Source of the DNA: Candidatus Latescibacterota bacterium
GTDB taxonomy: Bacteria > Latescibacterota > UBA2968 > UBA8231
Length of the DNA stretch: 64,000 nt
Reading direction: 5' to 3'
Assembly (NCBI GenBank): GCA_965206595.1
Contig: OZ242214.1
Span: 5,504,001 to 5,568,000, forward strand
Made by a program: the position numbers and the translations under genes. The notes below the pieces were generated by a model. That model was not told the DNA's origin. It did no database searches and worked only from the letters and a program-made list of their open reading frames with translations. Positions 29,343 through 39,156 of the stretch are shown here, piece after piece. The stretch's first letter is position 1. Each line of letters begins with the position of its first letter.

Positions 29343-29999
29343 TCAAACCTGAACCAGGGCCGCACCGGACGACCCCAGCTCGGGGAAAACCTCCGGCAAG
29401 CGCCCGCGCAAGGCCGCCAGGGCCCGGGTGCGGTGGCTGATCCGGTTCTTTTCGTCCGCGGACAGCTCCGCCATGGTCCTGCCTTCCCGCGGCAGGTAGA
29501 AGACCGGGTCGTATCCGAACCCGCCGGCGCCGGCGGCCTCCGTGGCGATCCGGCCTTCGCAGGTCCCCTCCCCGAAGCAGGAGCGGCCGTCGGGAGCGGC
29601 GACCACTGCGCAGCAGACGAAGCGGGCGGAGCGTTCGGCCGGCTCGCCGACATGAGTGAGGTTCGACAGCAGCAGGCGGCACCTGCCGGCGTCGTCGAGG
29701 GCAGGGCCGCCGTAGCGCGCCGAAAAAATGCCGGGCTCGCCGCCGAGGGCGTCGACCTCAAGACCGGAGTCGTCGGCGATGCAGAGCCGCCCGGAAACGG
29801 CAGCTCCTGCCCGCGCCTTGATGGCGGCGTTCTCGCGGAAGCTGTCGCCGTCTTCGGCCACCTCCAGCCGGAGGCCGAGAGTTTCAGGAGAAACGAGGCG
29901 GAACTCGGGAAGGAGCAGGCGAAGCTCTTTCAGCTTGCCGGCATTGGAGGTCGCGGCAAGCAGCCCGGGCCCTGAGCGGCGGGCTGTGCCGCCGCTCAG
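29343..29999 (-). CDS. rdgB: Non-canonical purine NTP pyrophosphatase (RdgB/HAM1)
   Basis: ATSNAGKLKE, ENAAIKA, ADDSGLEVDAL, GFGYDPVF, KNRISHR; start uncertain (CTG overlapping the upstream TGA). Confidence 0.92.
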   Translation of the reverse strand: MSGGTARRSGPGLLAATSNAGKLKELRLLLPEFRLVSPETLGLRLEVAEDGDSFRENAAIKARAGAAVSGRLCIADDSGLEVDALGGEPGIFSARYGGPALDDAGRCRLLLSNLTHVGEPAERSARFVCCAVVAAPDGRSCFGEGTCEGRIATEAAGAGGFGYDPVFYLPREGRTMAELSADEKNRISHRTRALAALRGRLPEVFPELGSSGAALVQV

Positions 30000-31108
30000 G
30001 GCTGCCGGTTCAGTTCCTGCAGCTGCTGCTCGCACCAATCCCTGAAACGGTTGTCCTGTTTGGCCTTGTTGTACCAGGTCCGCGCTTCGGAGACCCGGCC
30101 GAGCTTGCTGTAGGAATCGGCGACCACGACTTCGGCGGCGTGGTGGTTGCGCTGAAGCCGCGCCGCCTTGAGGCCGGCGTCGAGCGCCTTCTTCCATTCT
30201 CCGGTCCCGTAGTAGGCTTCGCCCAGCCCGTAGTGGGCCTCGACGTGTTTGCTGTCGACTTCAATGGACCGCCGCAGCGGCTCGATCGCTTCGTGGTGGC
30301 GCCCTTTCAGGCTCAAGGTTTTACCGATCAGGCAGAACCCTTCGGTAAACTCGGGATCGATGGAGACCGCCGGGCGCAGGGTGGCCAGGGCGCCGTCGAA
30401 GTCCTCGCGGGCGATCTGAATCCTGGCGAGGGCGCTGTACGCCTTCGTGTAGGTGGAGTCGAGCGAAATGGCCAGGCGGTAGGTCTCGGCGGCGATCCGC
30501 AGATTGCCCTGCCGCCGTTGCAGGTCGGCGAGCGACTTGTGGGCTTTCACGTAGGTGGAATCGGCATCGATGGCATCCTGAAACGCCTTGGATGCGGCGG
30601 AGTCTTCCCGGAGGGCCTTGTAGCAGTGGCCGAGGAGATAGAACAGATCCGCGTCGCCGGGCTTGAATTCCAGCGCTTTCTCGAACCTGCCGATCGCCTC
30701 GCGGTACCTCTTCTGCTTGAAAGACTGCACCGCGGCTTTCTTGTAGATGTCGGCAAGCTGGGCGGGTATCCGCGAGCGCGCGCGCTCGGAGGAAACGCCG
30801 TGGCGGGCGGACGCCTCGAAGGCGCGGATGGCGCGGTCGAACTGGTTGAGGACCTTGTAGGCCTTCGCCAGCGCGTAGCGGGCGTCCCCGTAGGTGGAGT
30901 CGACCTCCACTGCCTGCTCCAGAGAGATGGCGGCGCCGCGGAAGTCGCGGTTTTTGAGCAGCTCGATGCCCCTGCTGTAATGCTGGACAGCGGCGGGGTC
31001 CGGTTTCTGGGCGGCGGGATCCGGCTCCTGCGCAACGAGCGCCGAGGCCGACAGGATCGCCGTCAGTGCCGGCAGGAGGATGCAGATCCAGATGCGATCG
31101 CTCGACAT
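29996..31108 (-). CDS. Secreted tetratricopeptide repeat protein
   Basis: Signal peptide followed by many 34-aa TPR units. Confidence 0.88.
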   Translation of the reverse strand: MSSDRIWICILLPALTAILSASALVAQEPDPAAQKPDPAAVQHYSRGIELLKNRDFRGAAISLEQAVEVDSTYGDARYALAKAYKVLNQFDRAIRAFEASARHGVSSERARSRIPAQLADIYKKAAVQSFKQKRYREAIGRFEKALEFKPGDADLFYLLGHCYKALREDSAASKAFQDAIDADSTYVKAHKSLADLQRRQGNLRIAAETYRLAISLDSTYTKAYSALARIQIAREDFDGALATLRPAVSIDPEFTEGFCLIGKTLSLKGRHHEAIEPLRRSIEVDSKHVEAHYGLGEAYYGTGEWKKALDAGLKAARLQRNHHAAEVVVADSYSKLGRVSEARTWYNKAKQDNRFRDWCEQQLQELNRQP

Positions 31109-31186
31109 GGCAGTAACTGTCGTCCTGTGTTTTCAAGGTGGGAAGAGGAGTGTCGAAGGGGGTATCGACAGACTGTACAGGGGCGG

Positions 31187-31214
31187 AACATACATGGCAG
31201 GGGGCATTTGTCAA
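31187..31214 (-). promoter_or_regulatory. Sigma70-like promoter for the TPR-rdgB unit
   Basis: Minus strand TTGACA-16 nt-TATGTT. Confidence 0.45.
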
Positions 31215-31339
31215 AGCCTGAAGGGCCGATACACTTCTACAATATTATGATGTCTCCGTCCGGGGAAGCCGCCGCCGCTGCAGTTGATTCTCGCGTCGGA
31301 GGGCCGCATCGAGCTAGTCGATCGGCAGGAGCTGCCCGA

Positions 31340-31665
31340 ATCGCGCGATACCACCCGCAGCGCGGGCGCCTCGAGGAAGCGGAGTGGCCCCTGCGCCGGA
31401 TGCTGAACCAGGGCCCCGAGGAGACGGCCACGGCACCTGCCTGGTTCCATCTCGGGCGGACGGCCGAAGCCCGGGAAGACTGGGAGGGGGCCGCCGAGCT
31501 GTACGGAAGACTTGTCGACCGTTACCCGGCCGCGGAACTCGCGGACGACGCGCTCGGCTCGCTGGCGGCGCTGACGGAGAAACGGTTCGGGTGCCGGCGG
31601 GCGCGGCCCTGCTACCAGCGGTTGGTGGAGGAGTACAGCCGTTCGGGGTGGGCGGCCGTCGCCGG
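31340..31665 (+). pseudogene. Fragment of a TPR (BamD/YbgF-like) protein
   Basis: AWFHLGRTAEAREDWEGAAELYGRLVDRYPAAELADDAL...YQRLVEEYSRSGW; no credible start. Confidence 0.5.
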
Positions 31666-31762
31666 GGCCGTGTCGCTCGAAGGAACGGCTGCTGGAGGAG
31701 CGGGAGCGGTGAGCACAAATAGTTACCCGAGTTGGGCTGCGGTTGAAAACCCAGAAGTGCAT

Positions 31763-32760
31763 ATGAAGAGGATTCCAGACGTGGGTATTGTCGCGGTTTA
31801 TTTGCTGGGTGTTGCCGTGTACACATTCCCACTGGTTCTCGATTTTACACGGCCGTTCTCCGAACCCGGGGACTACCTCCTCACCGTTTATAGATTAAGC
31901 TGGCAGATGCATGCGTTGCTAACCCAGCCGTGGGACTTTTTTCAAGCAAATATTATGCATCCTACCGCTTCGTCTCTAGCGGTTGCCACGCCGCTCAATA
32001 CGTCACAACTGCTTTTCTTTGCCCGCAAAAGTGTTCTCGGGTGATCCCATTTTCGCGATCAACTGTGTTTACGTGGGCAACATTCTCGCCTCGGCTGTCT
32101 CAACATTCGCAGTCATGCGGCACGCCGGGGTTGGACGCAATCCCGCCTTTATCGCCGGCTGGAGTTTCGGTTTCACCGTCGCCAAGATGCACCAGAATTT
32201 CCAGTTTCCCTACTCCTGGTTGGTGTGGACATGCTACGCATGGTACTGTTTTCCCACCACGAGAAAGCGATCGCCCTCAGGACCCACCTGCTGTTTACGC
32301 CTATCTGGCAGCCAACGACATTGACGGCGGTATCATCGAGTTACCGACATTCAAGGGTTCTATGGAGAAGGCCGATCCCATATACGGCGACCGCCGAATT
32401 GATTATCGCCACCGAGAGTACCTCTACATGTACTACAGCACGTTTCACTGGCGGCCGATCTACAACGGTTTTGGCGCATTCGCCTGACCACATCAGTTTG
32501 CGGTGCGCGACGCGATCGAAAAGTTGCCGGCCGCGGGGGCTATAGAGTCGCTGCACACGCTATGATTGGAAAATTTGGTGTTGCATACCTACTGGTTCGA
32601 GGAAGAGGACGCGGAATTCTGGTCGCGGGAGGAGGTTATGCAGGTAATGGAGCCGATTGCAGAAGTCAGCGGAGCCTACGTCTACCGGCTATCGGGTGGA
32701 GGAGGGTGCAGTTTGGAAAGAAAGAGTCAGGAAGGTAGGGGGCGGCAGAGAGGATTGTAG
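31763..32760 (+). pseudogene. Degraded multi-TM GT-C/YfhO-like membrane protein gene
   Basis: WQMHALLTQPWDFFQANIMHP, frameshift near 32020, apparent internal deletion near 32250, later IELP...YMYYSTFHWRPIYNGF with in-frame stops. Confidence 0.65.
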
Positions 32761-32777
32761 ACGGTTTATCCGGGGCA

Positions 32778-34442
32778 TCAAAGGCGACTCCGAACAAATG
32801 AGCGGATATTTGGGGGGGTCCTATACCAGATTTTTTCTAAAAACCCCCGAAAAATGTGGTTTCGGGCGATGCGCCTTACAAAACCCCTGCTTAGCAGTTT
32901 TGGGTTTATTCCGTCCAGGAACATTTCTTCCTGTAAGGCATCTGCGTAGGCCCGGTTTTTCTCATGCCTGTTTCGGCTATACGAGGGATAAATGGATCGA
33001 ATCATCTTTCTGCCTTGGCCGTCCCCGATTCCGTGCCGGAATAAGCAAAACCGGATGGATTTATAGAGCATGAAATCGACGGCGATTGGAGAAGGTGTGG
33101 AAATTTCTTCATCGACGAAATGCCAATTCCCCTTCTCATCTTGAATTATATTTGTGAAAATAGCGTCTAAAGCCTCCGGTCTGAGGAGAGGAAACCCTTC
33201 CGGATCAGTTTCTCCTTTACAAAAGTGATCTTTGAGTTCGTTATGGTATCTGCGAATCAGGCCCTTGACGTATTCAGGGAAATTTCTTGCCAGGGCGGCT
33301 CGTTCGATGTGGTAGGTGAGCAAGTTGCCTTGGTGCCATTCAGCTTTTCCCATTTGCTGTTGTACCCCGGCGTTTGAATCCCCAGGAACAGTCGCTGGCG
33401 AGTGCAATGATGTCTTTTGAACAAACGGCTGAGGGTGCAGGAAAAGGGTTGTAAAATTCCGAAAAGGTTCCTTACGCCTCATGTTGTATTTTTTTACGAC
33501 CCAGTCCGGGTCGGGAGGATCCTGGGTTGATGCTACAACCAGAAAAGCGTTGGCAAATTCCCTAAGGATGCCTGACTCGGAAAGTGTTTTAGCGGCAAGA
33601 GGCTTGTTAAATGTCGGGTTTTTTGGATTCGTGGGAGAATCATGAGGGAAATCTACCCAGTTGTGGAGAAAACATTCCTTCTCGTTTCCGATCGAACTGA
33701 AGACTGTTCTGGTAAAGGAGTAGTCTGGAAAACAAAAATAGAATGCCGTACGTGGAAATCCAGCGTCGTTTAACAGCCTTTCCAATTCCGGCTTCGTAAA
33801 CGTAACCTGGGACTCAACGTTTGGATACTCGTGAATACCGTCGTAAGGTCTTCCCGTATGGTTCTCTGGAGCCCCGGCCCAGTAGTCCAAGCCGATCCTA
33901 TTCTCTATTGCAAGGACCAAGCAACCATCGGTTGCAAGCGCGGATTTTCCCAGCTTCAATAGCTTCAAACAGGCAGTCCTTCTATCCTCTTCAGGATAGA
34001 TATAGACGGGAGCGTGTTCCAAAACTCCAACGATGACCACAATATCGAATTCGGGAAGAAAACTTTCATCCCCAAGGTCCTTACATACGACCGATACATT
34101 TCCCAGGTCCCTGCATCGTTCGCGGGCGATTTCAGCGCGAATAGGGTTTTTCTCTATGGCACGTACTGAGGTAAAGGTTTCCCCCAAAGTCCGGGTAATT
34201 GCTCCACATCCCGCCCCCAATTCTAAAACCCGGCTGTTTTCGGGTAGGTCAAGGCACCTCAAGATCGCTGAGCGTCCTACTCCCAAATGGTAGTAGGATG
34301 GGATATCCTTTACCATCCCCATTAACTCTTCCGATTCGAGGCTCACGTCTTTGGCATTTTTCACCGCCGAAAGCATGTCCTTTTCGGCGGACAATCCGTC
34401 GGTAAACCCAATTTTTTGATTTTCGGATTTCCTATTCACCAT
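32778..34442 (-). CDS. Class I SAM-dependent methyltransferase, glycan-locus type, AT-rich
   Basis: VLELGAGCGAIT, FDIVVIVGVLEH, AIENRIGLDYWAG, FPDY; RBS AAGGAGG. Confidence 0.85.
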   Translation of the reverse strand: MVNRKSENQKIGFTDGLSAEKDMLSAVKNAKDVSLESEELMGMVKDIPSYYHLGVGRSAILRCLDLPENSRVLELGAGCGAITRTLGETFTSVRAIEKNPIRAEIARERCRDLGNVSVVCKDLGDESFLPEFDIVVIVGVLEHAPVYIYPEEDRRTACLKLLKLGKSALATDGCLVLAIENRIGLDYWAGAPENHTGRPYDGIHEYPNVESQVTFTKPELERLLNDAGFPRTAFYFCFPDYSFTRTVFSSIGNEKECFLHNWVDFPHDSPTNPKNPTFNKPLAAKTLSESGILREFANAFLVVASTQDPPDPDWVVKKYNMRRKEPFRNFTTLFLHPQPFVQKTSLHSPATVPGDSNAGVQQQMGKAEWHQGNLLTYHIERAALARNFPEYVKGLIRRYHNELKDHFCKGETDPEGFPLLRPEALDAIFTNIIQDEKGNWHFVDEEISTPSPIAVDFMLYKSIRFCLFRHGIGDGQGRKMIRSIYPSYSRNRHEKNRAYADALQEEMFLDGINPKLLSRGFVRRIARNHIFRGFLEKIWYRTPPNIRSFVRSRL

Positions 34443-34463
34443 TACAGTTTTCCTCCTTCATCT

Positions 34464-34569
34464 GAGCCGTCGAGATTGGCCCGCTCGATTTTATCGGTGC
34501 TGTAGTCGGTCCAGTGGGTCTTGCCGGCCTTTACATCCAAGGCCAGTCCTTCAGGACTGCTCAATCCGG
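34464..34569 (-). repeat. Orphan single YWTD (LDL-receptor class B) repeat, diverged copy of 35953-36058
   Basis: Translates as GLSSPEGLALDVKAGKTHWTDYSTDKIERANLDGS but lies outside any credible ORF. Confidence 0.85.
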
Positions 34570-34673
34570 CCCTTTGCCGGAGTGCGCATGGGTGTTTCGT
34601 CGTTACGAATGATTGACCCCTGGACCCAGAATCTGGAAAGAATGAACAGACCAGTTCGGAGATAAATGTGGAA

Positions 34674-37382
34674 TCATGGACTGCCGGTCAGTGAAATATC
34701 CAAGGCGATCCCTATGGGTGTTACCACCCGACGGATGTCTTGTACATGGGATCCGTCCAGGTTGGCGCTCTTGATACTGTCCGTGCCATTGTCGGCCCAG
34801 TAAATCTTTCCCCCGGCCAAATCCAAGGCCAGCCCCCTTGGTTCTCTAAGTCCGGTAGTAACGAGGTCTTCGATATGGGAGCCGTCGTAGTTGGCGCGTT
34901 GAATCCGGTCCGTGGTGGAATCCGCCCAGTAGATCTTTCTCCCCGCCACATCCAGGGTCAGCCCTACGGGTTCTCTCAATTCGGTGATGAGGTCTTCAAT
35001 TTGGGAGCCATCGAGGTTTGCGCGTTGAATTTTTTTTGCGCTCCTGTCGGTCCAGTACATTTTGCCCCCGGCCAAATCCAAGGCCAGCCCCCTTGGTTCT
35101 CTAAGTCCGGTAGTAACGAGGTCTTCGATATGGGAGCCGTCGAGGTCGGCCCGTTGGATCTTATCCGTGGTAGCGTCCGCCCAGTAAATCTTTCCTCCAG
35201 CCAAATCCAAGGCCACCCGCCTGGGTTCTCTCAGTCCGGTGACAAGGTCCTCGACATTGGAGCCGTCGAGGTCAGCTCGGTGAATAATATCCGTGCCTTT
35301 GTCGGTCCAGTACATTTTGCCCCCGGCAACATCCAGGGCAATCCCCAAAGGCAGATTCAATCCAGTAACGAGGTCTTCGACATTGGAGCCGTCGAGATTT
35401 GCCCGCTGAATTTTGCGCGAGTCCGCGTCGATCCAGTACATCTTCACCGCCCCCGACACGTTGAAGGTATAGGTCCTGAGGACCGCCTGGTCTAAGACCC
35501 TCCGCAGCTCCAATGCCGCCTGACCAGGACCGCATCCGGCCAAGTAGACCGTCTGGCCGTTCTGGCGCGTCATCCTGTCTTCCGGTTCCGCCGGGCACTC
35601 GTTGAAGGAACTGCTTGATTCGGCGACCAGAATCCTGGGAGTGGTCCCTGTGGGGTTGGCCACCACGTCGATCGCCTCGCTGGCCTGGACAGTAAACCGG
35701 TGCTTGCTGCCGTCCCTGGAAAACGTCACGGAGAATGGATCCGGAGTCAGTGAGGCGACGGGGGAATCAAGCGCCAGCCCCAAGGGGGCTCTCAATTCGC
35801 TGGTAAGGAGGTCTTCGACATCGGTGCCATCGAGGTCGCCCCGTTGGATTTTATTTGAGCCGGAGTCCGTCCAATAGATCTTGCCTGCCTCTACATCCAG
35901 GGCGAGTCCTTTCGGAATACTCAACCCGGTGGTGACGAGGTCCTCGACATCGGTGCCGTCCAGATTGGCCCTCTGAATTTTATCGGTGCTGTAGTCGGCC
36001 CAGTAGATCTTGCCGGCCTTTACATCCAGGGCAAGTCCCTCGGGACTGCTCAATCCGGTGGTGACCAAGTCTTCGACCTGGGAGCCGTCGAGGTTGCCCC
36101 GCTGAATTTTATTGGTGCCGTAGTCGGTCCAGTAGATCTTGCCCCGGATCAATTGCGTTTTGTGGTCCAGCCAGTAGATCTTTCCTGTCGACACGTCCAG
36201 GGCGAGGCTCAAGGGGTGAAGCAATCCGGTGGTGACGAGGTCTTCGACGTTTGACCCGTCGAGGTTTGCCCGCTCGAGCTTGTCGGTTCCCCGGTCCAGC
36301 CAGTACATCTTTCCACCTGCCACATCAAGGGCCAACCCCCTGGGATTGATCAAACCGGAAGTGACGAGGTCTTCGACGTTGGATCCGTCGAGGTTTGCCC
36401 GTTGAATCCTGGGCGGCCCTTCCGCCGTCCAGTACATCTTCCCGCTCGGGGTCACCGGTGAACCTGTCTCCGGCAACACGTAGTTGGTGAGGATAAGCCA
36501 CAAGTCGGTGGCATCGATCCGGCCGTCGCTGTTTACATCCCCGCGGGATATATCGCCGTTGTTCGGAATGGCGATGGAGCTGTCGAGGATGTACAGGACC
36601 ACCAGCAGCGCGTCGACGACATCGACCCGGCCGTTGTTGTCCACGTCGCCCGGCAGCCCGGTCGCCGCAACCTTCCCACGAGGGAGCCCAGCCTGTTTGA
36701 CCACGAAGTCAACCGGCCCCATGCCTGCCTCGACCCGAAAGGCCGGGTCCACATAGGTGACCAGCCCCGGTCCCGAGACGGTCAGGCCGTGGACCGGGGA
36801 GATTTTCTGCTTTTTCCCCTCGTCTTCTTGTGGAATACCTCCCGCGGATACTCCAGGGGCAGGAATTCCCGCTTGTCCGTCGATCAGCACCATGCGAAGG
36901 GTTGCACTCATCCCGCCGCCTTGCAGCCGGTAGAGATACACCCCGGCTCCTACGGCGCGACCGGCGGCATCCGTTCCGTCCCAACGCGCCGTGTGGGAAC
37001 CGGCCGGAAGTTCTTGGTCTACCAGGGTCACTACCCGCTGGCCCAGCAGGTTGAACACCTTCAGCCGTACATGGGTGGAGGCCGGCAGTTGATACGGGAT
37101 GATGGTGGAAGGATTGAACGGATTGGGATAGTTCTGGCCCAGATGAAATCGTTTTGGAAAGGACGACCCCTGGTCTTCCGGAGACAGCGCGAACCAGCCG
37201 TTTTCATCCGTGGTCGCAGCGGCCGTTTGACGCAGGTCCGTCAGGTCGAAGAGCATGACCTGGACCCCTGCCGCCGGCTGCCCGGAGGGCAGCCGCACCT
37301 GGCCTTCGAGCAGCGGCTCGGCCCAAGAGGGCAGGCAGGATCCAAGCCCGATGACAGCCAGACAAGGGAAAATGCGCTTCAT
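34674..37382 (-). CDS. Secreted multidomain protein: FlgD-Ig/T9SS-type sorting-like domain near the N-terminus, dockerin-like domain, two clusters of YWTD (LDL-receptor class B) repeats
   Basis: Signal peptide MKRIFPCLAVIG; QNYPNPFNP...WDGTD...GVYLYRL; GDVDNNGRVDVVD/GDVNSDGRIDATD; many GKxYWxD...IQRANLDGS units. Confidence 0.88.
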   Translation of the reverse strand: MKRIFPCLAVIGLGSCLPSWAEPLLEGQVRLPSGQPAAGVQVMLFDLTDLRQTAAATTDENGWFALSPEDQGSSFPKRFHLGQNYPNPFNPSTIIPYQLPASTHVRLKVFNLLGQRVVTLVDQELPAGSHTARWDGTDAAGRAVGAGVYLYRLQGGGMSATLRMVLIDGQAGIPAPGVSAGGIPQEDEGKKQKISPVHGLTVSGPGLVTYVDPAFRVEAGMGPVDFVVKQAGLPRGKVAATGLPGDVDNNGRVDVVDALLVVLYILDSSIAIPNNGDISRGDVNSDGRIDATDLWLILTNYVLPETGSPVTPSGKMYWTAEGPPRIQRANLDGSNVEDLVTSGLINPRGLALDVAGGKMYWLDRGTDKLERANLDGSNVEDLVTTGLLHPLSLALDVSTGKIYWLDHKTQLIRGKIYWTDYGTNKIQRGNLDGSQVEDLVTTGLSSPEGLALDVKAGKIYWADYSTDKIQRANLDGTDVEDLVTTGLSIPKGLALDVEAGKIYWTDSGSNKIQRGDLDGTDVEDLLTSELRAPLGLALDSPVASLTPDPFSVTFSRDGSKHRFTVQASEAIDVVANPTGTTPRILVAESSSSFNECPAEPEDRMTRQNGQTVYLAGCGPGQAALELRRVLDQAVLRTYTFNVSGAVKMYWIDADSRKIQRANLDGSNVEDLVTGLNLPLGIALDVAGGKMYWTDKGTDIIHRADLDGSNVEDLVTGLREPRRVALDLAGGKIYWADATTDKIQRADLDGSHIEDLVTTGLREPRGLALDLAGGKMYWTDRSAKKIQRANLDGSQIEDLITELREPVGLTLDVAGRKIYWADSTTDRIQRANYDGSHIEDLVTTGLREPRGLALDLAGGKIYWADNGTDSIKSANLDGSHVQDIRRVVTPIGIALDISLTGSP

Positions 37383-37517
37383 GAATGGGGTCTGCACAAC
37401 GTTCCCTCTTTGAATGTCATCCTGTCCGAAGTATCAGATTTTTTTGAACTTGCGGTTCGCAAGATGAACCATTTTCCTCATCCAAGTAGGACATTCATCT
37501 CAGGACTGATACCAAAT

Positions 37518-39008
37518 TCAGGGCAACTGTTTTTTCTGAAGAACCGCACGGAGCGTTCGTAGTTCGTTCAGTAGTGTTCGGCGTTCCAGAACCAGTAGGG
37601 CCGCGCCGTAGGTAACTATGAAAAGGGCGATACCCATGGTCAAAGCCGCGGGTGTCGAAAGGCCTTCGACGAACGGGTCGGCGTGGAGACGCAGGGCGGA
37701 GGCTACGGCTGCGGATAGCAGGGGAGGTAGAAAGCTGCGCATCCATGGGACCTCGACGTAACGAGTGCTGCGCCACAGTCCCAGGATCGTCCCGACAAAA
37801 CCAGTAAGGCTCATTGCCACAGCTGTGCCTTCAATTGCGAATGCGCGGGTAAGCAGGGGAGCTGCAACCAGGAGGACGCTGGCCTGGATCGCGACGAGAG
37901 CTGCGAATCCTCTCGGATCTCCGATGCTTCTCAGCAGGGTATGAACCGCCTCGAGAACAGGGCGGCATACGGAATAAAGGAGGAGGCAGCGCAGAATTGG
38001 TGCCATCGGCAGCCAGTCCTCGCCTAAGAGGAGTCGTATGATAGCGGGGATCTCGATAGCGAGCAGAACGGATAAAGGGACCGCGCACCGCAGGATCCAC
38101 CGGAGGGTACGGCGAAAAGCCCCCGAAAGCTGTTGCTGGTCCTGTTGATAACGCGCAAAGACGGCAACCAGGATGCCGATGAGGGCATGGGTCAGGACCC
38201 CGGTGGGCAATTGCGCGAAGATGTGGGCCCGGTCGTAAAACCCGAGGGTACTGTCGCCGAGAAGGCTTCCCGCGACGAGCCGGTCGAAATTGAGCAGGAA
38301 GGTTTGAAAGATTCCCCCGATCCAGATCCAAACGCCATATCGGAACAGTCGGCGCGCTTCTCCAAGGTCGAAATCCGCGAGACGGAAGCGGAAGGGGGAT
38401 CGACGGCGCCAGACCAGGGCGCAATAAACAACGACGTAACCGATTCCGTAGATGGAGTGACTGAGGATCAGGGCCCAGATTCCGCCACCCAAGTAAACCA
38501 TAGCGATGCCTGCAGCCGCGGCGGCGATCAGGGCAAGGCCATGGGCGCCCGCCAGTGAGCCGAACTCGAGGTCTCGTCTGAGTTGGGTTTCGGCAGTCAG
38601 AACGGTGGCACGGAAAAAATCGAAGACAGCAAAGACTCCGAGGATCGTGGCCACGCTGCGGCCGTACTGATCGTCGACGAAAAGAACCGCCAGGCCGATG
38701 GCTGCGAGGGTCCCGAGCGCGCTGATGCAGGTGTTGAGAATGAAATGGGTAGGAGCGACTTGGTCGACCCGGTTGTATTGGTGCAGAAGGGCATTGTGGA
38801 GACCGAAACTGCGCAGGGAAATCACGAAGGCGAGCAGAGAGGCGGCCAGAGCGACGTGCCCGAAGTCCTCCGGGGCGAGCTCGCGGGTCAGGACGACCAC
38901 GGCGATCCAATTGACGCACCGTCCCGCGTAGGCGCTGCTCAGGGTGTGGACCGCACCCCGTGCAATCCGCCGGAGCGCCATCTCCTCGCTGTGCTCTACG
39001 GGCTTCAA
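37518..39008 (-). CDS. wzx: Polysaccharide flippase (WzxC/PST-like, MOP superfamily)
   Basis: LTRELAPEDFG, GIWAL, NFDRLVAGSLLG..LGFYDRA, LLGEDW; multi-TM. Start could be 38981. Confidence 0.85.
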   Translation of the reverse strand: MKPVEHSEEMALRRIARGAVHTLSSAYAGRCVNWIAVVVLTRELAPEDFGHVALAASLLAFVISLRSFGLHNALLHQYNRVDQVAPTHFILNTCISALGTLAAIGLAVLFVDDQYGRSVATILGVFAVFDFFRATVLTAETQLRRDLEFGSLAGAHGLALIAAAAAGIAMVYLGGGIWALILSHSIYGIGYVVVYCALVWRRRSPFRFRLADFDLGEARRLFRYGVWIWIGGIFQTFLLNFDRLVAGSLLGDSTLGFYDRAHIFAQLPTGVLTHALIGILVAVFARYQQDQQQLSGAFRRTLRWILRCAVPLSVLLAIEIPAIIRLLLGEDWLPMAPILRCLLLYSVCRPVLEAVHTLLRSIGDPRGFAALVAIQASVLLVAAPLLTRAFAIEGTAVAMSLTGFVGTILGLWRSTRYVEVPWMRSFLPPLLSAAVASALRLHADPFVEGLSTPAALTMGIALFIVTYGAALLVLERRTLLNELRTLRAVLQKKQLP

Positions 39009-39156
39009 GTTTTCCGCCTGCTCTTCTTCATTTGGGCGCCTTGGACCGGAACCGCCGCCGTTATAAATTATAAGCCCATATAGATAATAAAGTTACGGCA
39101 CTTCCTGGATTTTCTGGACTTGGTGTAACGGGCGGCGTTTCGGAAGGTGAAAAAAC

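Noticed and set aside
30140-32044. 634-aa ORF as one real protein
   Set aside because: Chimera of TPR antisense sequence, a TPR remnant and the start of the degraded membrane gene.
34464-36058. Orphan YWTD repeat as a DGR template, or YWTD array as CRISPR
   Set aside because: Differences are not adenine-specific; the repeats are in-frame coding units of about 126-129 bp without unique spacers; no cas or RT genes.
31200-39100. AT-richer block as a defined mobile element
   Set aside because: No integrase, transposase, tRNA target or terminal repeats are visible.
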